From the NCBI GenBank assembly GCA_001275005.1, contig JWZX01002618.1:1-43255 (forward strand): a DNA stretch of 43,255 nucleotides, given 5' to 3'. Below are positions 1 through 11,305 of the stretch, piece by piece (the first letter of the stretch is position 1; each line of letters begins with the position of its first letter). Source of the stretch: Chrysochromulina tobinii (taxonomy: Eukaryota). The notes beneath the pieces are model-generated. The model worked only from the letters and a program-made list of their open reading frames with translations. It was not told the DNA's origin and ran no database searches. Made by a program: the position numbers and the translations under genes.

Positions 1-2
1 CG

Positions 3-3000
3 CCACCACCACCTTCGCCGCCACCCTCTCCGCCGCCACCCTCCCCGCCACCCCCTTCACCACCGCCGCCGTCGCCGCCCCCGCCCTTTGCGCCTGAGGC
101 CTTCAGCATCAACACGGCGTTGACCCTCGGTCCCGACGTGACGAACACGATGAGCGTCCAGGGAGCGGCCTCCGCCTCTGCCGCCGCAGCGCTCGGCCCT
201 GGTGCCACATGTACGCCTGGGACGGGCGTGTCTGCCGCGGTTGTATGCATCTCGGCAGACGGCTCCACGAGTACCGCCCTGGTGACGCAGGTGCAGACGC
301 ACAACATTGGAGCGGGCAGTGCATCCGCCCCAGCTGTCACGTCGTCGCTCGAGCAGCGGCTGTGCTATTACTCCAACTCAACTGGTGTACGGGTCCGGCG
401 GCAGCAGTGCCAGGTGACTGAAATCTCGGGCGCTGGTCGGCGACGACAGCTGAGCAACAGCTTCGAATACTCCGTCATCGTAGGGTTGGTGGTGAGCGAT
501 CCGATGACTGGTCTCGTAATCAATCTGCAGCAGCTCGCCGCTGACACGGGGCAGAGCGCCGCAGACTTGAGCGCACAGGCCTCGGTCTCGCAGACGGAGC
601 TCTCGCTCTCGGTCACCGCGCTGGGCGGCGCGAGTTCGGCGCTGAGTATGATGAGCAGCACGCTGGACGAAACCAACCTGCTGCGCAATGTAGCCTCTGG
701 CCTCAACATCTTGCCCAGCCAGATTGCGCTTTCGGTACCGCCGCGCGCCATCACACCGCCTCTGCCGCCACCGCCACCGCCGCCCAGGCCGCCTACCAGA
801 CCCAAGTCACCTCCCTCTCCCCCAGACCCTCTCCCGCCCAGCCCCCCATCGGTACCTCCGCCTAGGCCACCGCTGCCACCTGCTCCTCCCGGCGGCTACG
901 GGCCGCCACCTCCGAGTCCACCAGCGCCTCCGTCGAGGCCGCCGTCGCCGCAGAGGCCGCCGAGCCTGCCGCCCAGCCCGCGTCCCAAACCGCCGCCGCC
1001 GCCGCAGCCACCCCCATCGGTGCCGCCGCCACAGCCACCGTTGCCACCTGCGCTGCCGCCGCGCATCTGCCACGCCGTCTACGGCAACGGCGATTGCTCC
1101 GAGTTCGGGTTCTGTTCCCAGGCGTCCGGGCGCGGCGTGTGCCTTAAGGGGCTGTGCGTATGCGCCACTGGCTACGGCGGCGGCTCATGCGAGCGGGAGG
1201 CGGTCTGCCACTACTGGGACCGCTCGCGTGCCGCATGGAGCTCCGAGGGATTGACCACGTTGCACCCCAGGGCCGAGGCGGGGACGAGCGCAGTGGTTCG
1301 GTGCGTGCTCCACGGGCTGCCACTTCAGACCACCGAGTATGCTGCCCTCTGGACGCTCGTGCCGCCTGCGCCGCAGTACAACATCAGCGACTCCTCTCTT
1401 GCCCTCTCGGCTCTCCCCCTTCAGTCCAACCCCGTGGCGATCACCGTCATCATGATGGTCCTGCTCAACCTGCTCACCCTGCTCGTCTCGTGGAAGTACC
1501 GGCACGTGTCCCAGCGCGGGATGCTCGGCGAATGGAAGAGCCGCCCCAAGGAGCAGTTCCCCGACTCGATGAAGCCCGCGGCCTTCTTCACCAAGTATGT
1601 GAAGCCGCTGCTCGCGAAGCTGTTCCCCAAGAAGGAGGCGCTCGATTCGTCGCACGCCGTGGTGCCACGAGCCGGCACGCCGAGCAGTCCGGCGCGCCTC
1701 GCCCTCAAGGGCCCGGCCGAGGTGCGCCCGTCCACGCCCGTAGCTGCGAAGCTGCCGACGCTCCTCGCTTCTTTCATCGTCGAGGGCATCGTGACCACTT
1801 TCGACGACGCCACGCTACTGCGCCGTCTCGCCACGCTGCTAGGCGTGCCAGACAGCAATGTGGGCGCGACGCTCAGCGCGGGCAAGCTTGCGGGACAGCT
1901 GGTCGTCGACGTCGAAATAGGCTGCTTCGATGCGAGATCACTCGTGATGGCTGCCAAGGCGCTCCGGACGAGCATAGGCCCGCTTGGGGTCGCACTCGGC
2001 ATCAAACTCGTCGACAAGCCTCGGCTCGAGGTGATGGCGTTGCCCGACGAGCCGTCCTCCGAGGCTGAGAGCTCACCCTCGCGCAGACCGGTGGAGCGCG
2101 CTGCCGATGTAGTGGTCCCAACGATCCAGGAACGCATACCCACGCTCGCCTTACGCAGCGGCGCACGCAAAGCTCGCGATGCCTTGGCTATGCGAGAGCA
2201 AGGCTCGCCGACTATCTGGGAGCCACCCTCGCCTCTCAACGACCCGGGCATCCAGGAACGCATCCCTCTCCCCGGCTTCGGGGCCGCACGCCGCAGCAGC
2301 GTCAACGCGTCGGCGATGCGGCTGCGCACGGCATCAGGGGTGCTCTCGAGCCTCGGCCTCGACACTGGCGACCTGTACGGGGCGGGCGCCATTGCGGGCG
2401 CCGGCGAAAGCTCGCACTCCTCCACGCGAGATCGCACCTCGGCGCCCTCGCTGAGCGACGGCATCCAGGAGCGGCTGCCGGTGTGGCAGAGCATGCGCCG
2501 GCGCAAGACGGGCGAGCTGCCACCCGCTTTGCGCCTCGGCCTTGCGACAGAGCTTATTGGCTCGCCCCAGGCTTCTGATGAGGGCTCGTCGATGGCGGCT
2601 CAAGCTCAAGCGGCGGCCATGACTGCCCTCGCCGCCGCGACCATGCAAGAGCGCATTCCACGCCTCGGTCCGCGCGCGCCGCCACAGCCGGTCTGGTTGC
2701 CGCCGCCGGCCTCGCCGCCGCCGTCGCCACCACAGGTGATTCCCTACAGCCCAGCCAGGAAAGGCGGCCCGCCAGCGCCATTGGTGCCTCGGACCGCGAC
2801 AGGGACGACAACGTCGACCGCGTTGGTCGTCGTGGGGGGCGGGGGTGGGGGCGTGGGAGCGGGCGGGGGAGCGGACGCGGTCTGGTTACCACAAATGCAA
2901 ATGCGGATCACCAAGTTCACACCCAAGCTTGGGCTGGCGGCGCCAACGCCGCCCAAGGTGCTTCCGCCTTGGTCCAAGCCGACGACTCTTGAGGAGACGT

Positions 3001-3830
3001 GGGACGACCGCTCACCGAGCGAGATCGCGTGGGGCGCCGCGCGCGAGCACACGCTCTTCGGTTTGATAGCGGCGCTGCTCTGGGGGTACGGGCCGAAGCT
3101 CGCGACGGTGGCACAGGCGGCGCAGCTCGTGTGGGGAAGCCTCTTTGGGCTCCTCTACCTCTGCTGCGCCCAGCTGCGCTATGGCTGGATGGGCGGTGCG
3201 TGGGCCTCAACTGACGAGGGCGCGAGCCTGCTCAACCGGATCTCGTCGATCTCATCGGTCGCGCTCGCCGCGTCGCTCATCTGCTGGCCATGCGTGCTTT
3301 TGGCGCGGTGGCTCTTCCTCGCAGCTAACCGCACGCGTCGCCTCGCCGGGCTCGATAGCCCCACCAGCACAATCGTCCAGGCAAGCGTGTGGAGCGCCGT
3401 GCTCGGATGCGTGCTCGCTCTCGCGATCGGCACCATCAGCGTGTCGGCGTACATGCCCGGCGAGAAGGTGCGCGAGGACGCGATGCTCGGCTTGATGACT
3501 TGATTGCATCTGATGAGCCATGATTGCGTCCCTACTTAGGTGCGCGAGGACGCGATGCTCGGCTTGATGACTTGATTGCATCTGATGAGCCATGATTGCG
3601 TCCCTACTTAGGTGCGCGAGGACGCGATGCTCGGCTGGGCCCTCGCAATGGGCTCGCAGTGGCTGTTCATCGAACCGATCGCCATCTGCCTGTTTGGCTC
3701 CTTCTCCCTCTTCCTGAAGTGGTGCACCGACTTCGAGTCCGTTGATCAAGGTGACAAGCGGGACAAGAAGGGCCCTACGAAAGCCTCGGGTCCTTCAATC
3801 GATGCCAACCAGGCCGGCAAGAAGGAGTGA
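3..3830 (+). CDS. 5'-truncated Pro-rich (extensin-like) / EGF-like / GPS-motif multi-pass membrane protein, polycystin-1-like; join(<3..3467,3612..3830)
   Basis: Frame is open from nt 3 (PPPPSPPPS...). Contains SPn tracts, an EGF-like CxCxxGYGGxxC (~1080-1190), a GPS-like CHYWD...WSSEG...C...TEYAAL (~1206-1350) and then a TM helix. The C-terminal TM cluster starts REHTLFG...QAAQ, like PKD1-family TM2. Removing GT..AG 3468-3611 restores EK|VREDAMLGWALAMG and the last TM helix. Confidence 0.75.
3468..3611 (+). other. Spliceosomal intron (144 nt) made of two identical 72-nt GT..AG units
   Basis: AAG|GTGCGC...CTACTTAG|GTG. Units 3468-3539 and 3540-3611 are identical and contain in-frame TGA stops. 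Excision restores the reading frame. Confidence 0.85.
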
Positions 3831-3987
3831 GTACCGACCATGAAGAGGCCAATGCTCTTACCGGCTAGCCCCCCATGAGCCCCCACATGGTGAGTCATGC
3901 GTCTGCGATGGTGGACAATGTTTGTTCACACAAATTCTGAAAATAAGGAAATCCGAGCACCTCCGTCGGCTCGGGCACCTGCTCACA

Positions 3988-6450
3988 ATGGCCGGCTCAG
4001 AGCCCGTCCTGCCGCTCTCCCTCGCCGGCGTCCCGGCTTCAATGGGTACGCTTGGCCGCTGGTTGACCGACCCAGAGGATGTCATTGCCACCGACGGCGA
4101 CGCACTCTTGCAGCAGGCGGCGGCCTTTCACCTAGGCTTTCCACGCAATTGGCCTGCTGTCTTCAAGCAGAGCGCGGCCCTGCACAACCTCATAAACAAC
4201 AAGCTCAATGGCAGGCGCTGTCGTGCGATCGCCATGCCCCCTTCAGGAACGGACGCAACGGCCGGTGCAGCTGCGGCCAGCTCACAGTCGCTCCACAGCT
4301 TCTCCAACGCTGAGCGTTTGACGGCTGCTCTCCCGGAGTGGCAGCTTGTCAAGGGCTTTGCAGTCTTCGAGCGCCTGGACGCGCCCGTGGGCAGCTCGTT
4401 TGTGGCGATACGACACTGGTGGAACGAATCGCCAGCAGGCACGTGGCTCGACTTCACACCGGCGCTCGTGCCGTCATGTACTGCGGGCAGGCTGCTGCTA
4501 GTCACGTGTGAAAGCGGCGACAAGCCCGAGGCGCCGTTGCGCGGTGTGGGACAGGCGTTCGCAATTGCGCTCGGCGAGCGTCTTGCAGGGCGCGACGCGA
4601 AGCTTGGCAAGGCTGGCGACGAGGCGCTAAAGCCGCCGGCGGGGTCGGTAATCGAGGAGCGCGCGAAGGTCGAGGTCGAGCAGCCGGCGGAGCAGGCGGC
4701 CGCAATCAAGGTGGCGCCGCATCCGCCGCCGCCTTGCGCGCCTGAGCTGTTGCCAGCACCCAGCTCGGCGGCGGCGGGGGGGATCGAGATGATTTCAGCT
4801 CCGCGTCCCGATTCGGCAGCGGCCGCGCCCACTGACAAAGAGGGCGGTCGCGTCTCGTACGGCGCCGTAGGTGACGCTGTCGTGGAAGGCCAGGAGGTGG
4901 CGGGCGGAGCGGCGCTGACTCCGCACACGCTCGGAAACGCGGAGGCGATCAAGGCACGGGCAAGTGCGCTCTTTCGTGGCGGGCGTCTCGAGGATGCCGA
5001 GAAGCTCTACATGCTCGCGGCCGAAGCCCTCACGGGCGCCGCCATCGCCGCCAAGGAGCGTGGCAACGACGCCTTCAAGCGAGGCGACGTGGAGGCGGCG
5101 AACGAAGCGTATGAGCTTGGCTTGGAGCACTTGGGGCTGCAGGTGCGCAAGATGCACTACTATCCGGACCAAGCGGCCGCTGAGTTTGGGCGCATCCTTC
5201 GGCGGCAGCTGCCGCCCACGCTCATAGTTGCGTTGCACTCCAACCGAGCAGCCACGCTGCTCCAACTCGGGAGATACAAGGATGCCGTCGAGGCTGCAAC
5301 CAAGGCGCTCACGGAGAAGCCCTCGGACGCCAAGGCACGCCTGCGACGCGCGAGAGCATACCGGCAGATGGGCGGGCACGTCAACCTGGCACTCTCGGCC
5401 TCCGAGTACGCACACGCCCTCCAGCTTCCGTCGGCCGACGCGGAGACAGTGCGCGCGCTCATCGAGGTATGGCTCGAGCGCGCGCCCGAGATGGCGCCAT
5501 TCGTGCACGAGGTGCGAGTGGCGGCAGACAAGGCGGGCGGGCGGGGCGCGGGCGGCCGGATGGCTATTGTCGCCGCCGAGCGCGCACTGTGCGAGGCCCT
5601 CCACAACATCGGCAGCCCCGGTGACTGGGCACGCCTCGGTGACTGTGCACTCGGAACGGCCGCGGCGGCTAGGGCCGAGGGCTACGGCGAGGATGAGGGC
5701 GCGACGGGCGCGACGGGCACGGTGGGCGCAGTGGGCGAGCGGCGCGCGGCGCATGCTCGCCCCAACGCGTCGGCCTCACCCTTGGACGGCTTTGGACGCC
5801 CTATCCACGCTGCGCGTCTGCTCGCACGCCGCTCGATGGGGCTGCTCGTGCGCGCCGCGCTGCAGCTGACGAAGCGGGCCTTCCCGGACTCGGACGTTGA
5901 GGGCGCACGCTCGCTGCTGCGCGCGTGCGCGTGGATCGTCGGTCTCCAGGGCAGCATGGAGACCGAGGACGCCGTGATCTGCACGCTGCATGAGGAGGTG
6001 CTGAGCGACTGGAGCAAAGAGCAGCGCACCTCGATCATCGAGGTCCTCTCGGGGCCCGAGCCAGCATGCATCGCGGCCATGCAGCTCGTCGAGGCGCTCT
6101 GCCGCCGACGCGTCGCCAACTTGCAGAGGCTGAAGCACGTCATGGAGCTCGGTATCCGAATCTTCTCTTTCCGTACGTCCGCTCGGGTGCGTGCAGTCAT
6201 GGTGAGCTTGTTTGCTTGGGCGGCCCGCGACCCGAGCACACGCCAGTACCTCTTCGAGCGGTACGACGAGGCGACGCTCCGGCCTATACGCACGGCCATC
6301 AAGGACTACGCTCGCCACTGCAAGATCGACACCTGGGAGGTGGGCCTGGACCACGAGGACTACGCCAAAGAGACGGGACTCGTCCTCTCTGATGGGGGCA
6401 GCCTTCACATCTTCAACCCGGGCGTCCACGGTTCCAAGGCGCATCGTTGA
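3988..6450 (+). CDS. TPR (Hsp70/90 co-chaperone-type) protein with an N-terminal transglutaminase/papain-like domain and a helical C-terminus
   Basis: TPR motifs AKERGNDAFKRGD, LHSNRAATLLQLGRYKDAV and KARLRRARAY. N-terminal SFSNA...VKGFAVF...HWWN...G.WLDFTP. First ATG is at 3988. Confidence 0.8.
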   Translation: MAGSEPVLPLSLAGVPASMGTLGRWLTDPEDVIATDGDALLQQAAAFHLGFPRNWPAVFKQSAALHNLINNKLNGRRCRAIAMPPSGTDATAGAAAASSQSLHSFSNAERLTAALPEWQLVKGFAVFERLDAPVGSSFVAIRHWWNESPAGTWLDFTPALVPSCTAGRLLLVTCESGDKPEAPLRGVGQAFAIALGERLAGRDAKLGKAGDEALKPPAGSVIEERAKVEVEQPAEQAAAIKVAPHPPPPCAPELLPAPSSAAAGGIEMISAPRPDSAAAAPTDKEGGRVSYGAVGDAVVEGQEVAGGAALTPHTLGNAEAIKARASALFRGGRLEDAEKLYMLAAEALTGAAIAAKERGNDAFKRGDVEAANEAYELGLEHLGLQVRKMHYYPDQAAAEFGRILRRQLPPTLIVALHSNRAATLLQLGRYKDAVEAATKALTEKPSDAKARLRRARAYRQMGGHVNLALSASEYAHALQLPSADAETVRALIEVWLERAPEMAPFVHEVRVAADKAGGRGAGGRMAIVAAERALCEALHNIGSPGDWARLGDCALGTAAAARAEGYGEDEGATGATGTVGAVGERRAAHARPNASASPLDGFGRPIHAARLLARRSMGLLVRAALQLTKRAFPDSDVEGARSLLRACAWIVGLQGSMETEDAVICTLHEEVLSDWSKEQRTSIIEVLSGPEPACIAAMQLVEALCRRRVANLQRLKHVMELGIRIFSFRTSARVRAVMVSLFAWAARDPSTRQYLFERYDEATLRPIRTAIKDYARHCKIDTWEVGLDHEDYAKETGLVLSDGGSLHIFNPGVHGSKAHR

Positions 6451-6981
6451 GTTCTCGAATGTCGGAAAAGTAACTGCGTCGTCGCAGTCGACACTCCCCG
6501 AGAGGTTTCTATTGTATCATTCTCGAGAGTGACTGAGTGTCGAGATCGCTCGGATCGAATGGTGGACCCCGCGGCCGGGTGCGGCCACCGGTCCTCGAGG
6601 GCCCCGGCCCACGCCGGCCGCCGCCCCGCCGTCGGTCCCGTGGGCAGTCTTGTGACACAGTCGAGCTCACACGTGGTGGCGCTCTGCGCTGCTACGTCTT
6701 CAATCACGTTTAGACTTGCATCAGATCATCATCATGACAATCTCTTTTATGGAGAATACGGGCAAATACAATGGCACACTGGTCATCGCCGGTCGGACGG
6801 GAACGCGCACACGCTCAATCCCAACAGCACGAGATACACCACGCCACATGCTACGCACACCGAGTCCAGCTTGTGCGCGCCGCCCACGATCCTAGAAGCC
6901 CCTATGCATCGGTGGTGATTCCGTGGTCTGGGGCACCCAAAGACTTCCAGCAGGCAGACGAGAGAGACTCAGTAGTGTCAC

Positions 6982-7490
6982 CTAGTAGTACTCGTCCTCC
7001 CCGCCCTTCGCCTGGCGCGGCGCGCCCTGCACGTAGGCGCCATCAGGGCCCGTGACGTCCACGGCCTTGACCTTGCCCGTCTTCGGATCCGTCGTCAGGC
7101 GGAACTCGAGGGCCTCCCCCTCGGCAAGGGTGCGGAAGCCCGGAGCGTAGATGTCCGACTGGTGCACGAAGACGTCGCGGTTCTCGTTGTCGATGGAGAT
7201 GAAGCCGTAACCCTTCTCGACACTGAATGCGGCAGAAGGACGCAAGGGGCAACGCGTCAAGGAAGGGTGCACACGGCACATGGCGTGCGCGCGCGCTGCG
7301 CGATGCGATGAGGGAGACAGAGTTGCACTCACTTGAACCATTTGCACTTGCCTACCATGGGGCCGTCGCCGTCCATCGTCGGGCACGCGGCGCGCGGAGC
7401 CAAGCGGACAGCACGCACGGCCGGCGTGATCACAAGCGCGGACGCCACCGCGAGCGCATGAAGCAGGCACAGGATCAAGCCACGAGCCAT
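6982..7490 (-). CDS. Cold-shock domain protein with signal peptide and transit-like leader (probably plastid-targeted); complement(join(6982..7222,7333..7490))
   Basis: Splicing GTGAGT..TTCAG (7332-7223) gives GKCKWFNVEKGYGFI...DVFVHQSDI...GFRTLAEGE, with CSD RNP1/RNP2 motifs. Leader is MARGLILCLLHALAVASA-LVITPAVRAVR. Confidence 0.92.
7223..7332 (-). other. Spliceosomal intron (110 nt) in the cold-shock gene
   Basis: GTGAGT donor and CAG acceptor; the junction AA|T recreates the conserved WFN. Confidence 0.9.
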
Positions 7491-8431
7491 TGTGATGACG
7501 AGCTCAAGCGTGGTTGCGGACGACGACGGCACTGGGAAACCACAGCGGTTTCCAAATTTTCGTTCACAGACGAGAACGCATCTCCGCACGTCAAAGTGAG
7601 CACCTTTTGGGCCTGCGGGTCCACAGGAGGGGGAGGCCTGGCCAAAGCCTCGCAGATCACCCTGAGATCTCACGGGTTCACGGCTGGGCCTTCGCTCTGC
7701 GGTAGCCGGTGGGCTTGGGCGCTTAGCCGCTTACCCTTGGCGGGCTCAAGCCTTGGGGAATTTGCGTGTCACGTCGCGCGACACTGAGCGCTCCCGGGAT
7801 GATTTGACTTTTCTTGACCGTGCTGTTGCACACCAAAGTTTCGATTGATGACGCGATCCACGGCGACGTCGTATGTTCACGAGAGGCGGCGACGTCGGTC
7901 ATTCGAGAACGCGGCGGACCAACGCGACGGAACGCGCAGGTGAGCGCCTGGATAAGAGTGCGCCTGGCTTCGGGCTTTCATGCCAGCGTGCCCAGATGTG
8001 CCGCACCTTGAGCCGTGCTGGCGGCGGCGCGCGCAGTGCGTGGCCGAGTGATGGAGCTCATAGCGGTGCGGAGACAGGCGAATCCTGTGCTGCAGCGATA
8101 CCAACAGTCATAGTTACTCTGATGGCTCCACCGCCGCGACGGCTCTGCCTGCACCTGACTCTGCCAGAGGCGCCGCACTCGCTGCGTGGCCGCTGCCTAG
8201 CGTATCAGTGCTGCCGCCGCTGCCGTGCTGCTGCTGCCCGGCGCCGCCACCTCTGGGCAGTGAGAGGGATCGTCGGTTCCTATCTCCATAATATCAGAGT
8301 GGCAGAGCGGCACGAGGCACTTTGGTTTTCCGACGTCATGCCTCATGATTTCGGGATGTTTCTAGTCCCTCACATCGCATGGCCTCGAGCTGCGACTGCG
8401 CTTCCTTTTCTTGATGCTGCTCCGGCTGCTG

Positions 8432-8461
8432 CCTGCTGCTGATCCTGCTGCTGATCCTGAA

Positions 8462-8502
<41 letters not shown>
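8432..8502. repeat. (CCTGCT)n-type microsatellite
   Basis: Near-perfect hexamer run at 8462-8502, preceded by degenerate CTGCTGCTGATC copies. Confidence 0.85.
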
Positions 8503-9518
8503 CGCCACTGTTGCCGGTTTTGGCACGCCATTTTTCTCACCCCGGATCTGTGTGTGACTCCCCGCAGGCCGCCATGGTGCTGCGAACCTGATGACTTCGA
8601 GACCGTGGCACCTCCACACAACGGAAGCTATGCTATAAGGTGGGCTGACACCCGCATTCTGCCGCTGATACACGCTTCCGCCGCCGCCGCCGGCCGCTGC
8701 GCCTCGCCACGCACCCAGTATCTCCCCACGAAGGCGGCACTCCTCCACGCGTCGTGGGGTCCTCTCTGCGGTTGCCAGAGCTCTCGCGTCGCTCCATGGT
8801 TGAATGCCGCCCAACTCGCGTGGCGCGCACTCTGGACGAGCCACCGACAGCCCCCGCCTCGCCTTCACGCTAAGCAGCCTCGGCTCCCCGCTTCCGTTGC
8901 CCTTGCGCAGTGTCCTCTCTCCATCCCAAGCGGACCTCTACGACCATCGGATCAGCAGACTTTAGAACAAGGTTCGCGCTCGCACGTCGGCCGGTCAGCA
9001 CCTCCACTCGCCACATGGCTCCAGCTCTCTCTGCGGCTGCACGGCCCACACACACGACGGCACAAGAGCAGAGGATGACAATCCATCTAGGTCTGACCCA
9101 CCGCAGGTTCAATTCTATTGATCGGAGTGGAGACAATCATCACACTACGACTTCTCTTTCCACTGATGCTCTTTCCCTGAATCCCATTCCCACGGCTACC
9201 TCGGCCTCGCGGCCTGCCTCGGCGGCCTGCTCTCAGCGTTCTTATTGAGCAGGCGGCCGCATGTCTCCCACGTGAGGCACCGGCTGCTAATTGCCCAAGC
9301 GGGTTATTGAGAGCACAAAGCGGGCCACGCTTAAACCAATGCCGAGCCTCCTCAGTGGCACGGGGTTGACCTGTCTTGTGCCACACCTCTGCTTTGCTGC
9401 ACGATCGGCCGCCCTCCCTTGCTGTCGGCAGTGCCTCGGCCCCCTCCACCATTACGCCACGCGCCCCAGCCGTGTGCTCACCTACTCGCTCCCCTGCTCT
9501 CGTACCTGCGCAGCCTGC

Positions 9519-9564
9519 GTGACGAAACCGTCCAGCGTGTGACGAAACCTTCTAGCGTGTGACG
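9519..9564. repeat. 20-bp tandem repeat, 2.3 copies
   Basis: gtgacgaaaccgtccagcgt / gtgacgaaaccttctagcgt / gtgacg. Confidence 0.85.
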
Positions 9565-11266
9565 CGGCCACTCATCTCAGTCGCCCTCGAGGCGTCCGTT
9601 TCGATGGCTGGGGTGCGCCGCCGCCGCCGTTGCTGCCTCATCCTTCGCCGCCGCTTCCGCGGCTGCTGCTGCTGCATTGGCTGCGCTCGGGCCCCTGACT
9701 GGCTCCTCCACGCGGTGAAGTGATGCACGACTTCTTTCCCCAAATGATCGACTAAGATTCGAAAGACCTTAAAGCAACTCTTGCCAGTGTTGCTCCAGGT
9801 TGTCTGATCGCCGCTGGCCGTGGTAGCCTGCCCTGCCCGCGCTCTTGCACTTGCTATGAGCCCTGCTCCCCACCCGTTTGGCCAACTCTGACCTCTCATT
9901 CGATCGCGTGTGCAGGAGCTGGTCACATCTCATCGTTCCTTCGCGTGCCTTCTGTTGTCGGTGCGCCGGCATCTTCCAACTGGTGCGCATCTACAAAGCG
10001 CGCGCGAGCCCGTTTCCTGCAGGCCGTCCCTTGCTGGCCGTCCCTTGCCGGTGCAGCATTTGATGAATGGTGTGTTCAGTTCTGCTTCCGATCACGTTGA
10101 CGAGACTGTACCGTGTCCAACTGCTCTGATGCTGCACCACGAGCTTCTAATGCGGCCCGCCCGCCCTGCACTTGCCTGCGCTGGCGCTCCCTCCCCACGG
10201 GCCGGGTCAGGGATGTTAGCTTCCTGTGTCGCTGCAGACTTCGGTCGTTGCGGACATCTCACGATTCATCTTTCGGGGCTGAGACCCACTCCGCCCGGCC
10301 GTGTCCTTGCTGCCTCCCCTTCCCCTTCCCCATCCGAGCAAAGTATCGCATTCGGCTTCAACTGGCCCGGCGAACCCAGGCCGCTACTGCGGCCTCGGGT
10401 GCCGCCCCAGTGCCAGCCATGTGAGCACGAATCGGAATCGCTCCGGTAGAACGGAATGCTCGGCCGCTTGCCCTGCTTAAGGCGGCGCTGAGGCCCTCTA
10501 TTCCTATGGCCGGGGAGGCGCTGCCACGGCGAGGGGCTTTGCCACACTCCCACTTCCATCGTTCCTGCCCCTGGCTTCTAGCACACCTCGCGTATTCTAT
10601 CGGCCGCCTCTGAACCTCCATGCCATGCCCCACCCTCACGCAGCTACCAGCAGGGGCACGTCGCGATGCAGCAACAGACGCCACAGCCACATAAGCGAAG
10701 CGCGAGCTAGCGTGACATCTGAAGACAGGTGAGCGACCGCGTGCCCATGACTGGATTCCTCGCCTACCCGCCATCGACCCGGCAGCCGAGGCCGCCCATA
10801 AGGACGATACAACTCCTTACAGTTATCCCTGTCTGAGATCTCGTGCGGACTTAAAAGACAAGCATATATCTGAATGCGCGCGGTCCCGGAGCGGCCTTCG
10901 CTAGCACCTCTGCGCTAGCTGCCACGAGCTCGCTGCCCTGCTCACCCTCTTCATTAATCGTTGCTGGCCTCGACTCCCGCCTTTGTCTTTTTCAGGATGA
11001 TCCCGGTTCATGTCCCAGATCGCGACTTCGGGCGAGCGGTGCAGCGGTCTCGCGACGCTCTCGCACTCCAGGTGCGCGCCAAGCGCGCGACCCTGCTATG
11101 CCCTGGCCGTGCCTGCGCGATTGGCTATGGCGTGGCTGTGTGTTGCAATGATCGATGCACTTCATTCGCAGTGACCCCCTGAGTGATGGTTAATCGCCAT
11201 CGATGTAGGCACAAACTTCCTTGGATGTCTGAGCACACACAGCCGCCTGCCCTGGCTCGCCGCTGG

Positions 11267-11305
11267 CTGCCCTTCTGCCCTCCTGCCCTCCTGCCCTCCT
11301 GCCCT
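11267..11305. repeat. (CTGCCCTC)n microsatellite
   Basis: About five consecutive 8-mer copies. Confidence 0.8.

Noticed and set aside
3468..3636. Repeat-spacer-repeat pattern as a mini-CRISPR
   Set aside because: The spacers are identical, the repeat is exon sequence, and the unit has GT..AG ends.
9290..9340. PLCALNNPLGQ (minus strand) resembling the Josephin catalytic motif
   Set aside because: It lacks the internal HAL residues and there are no downstream His/Asp motifs; probably chance.
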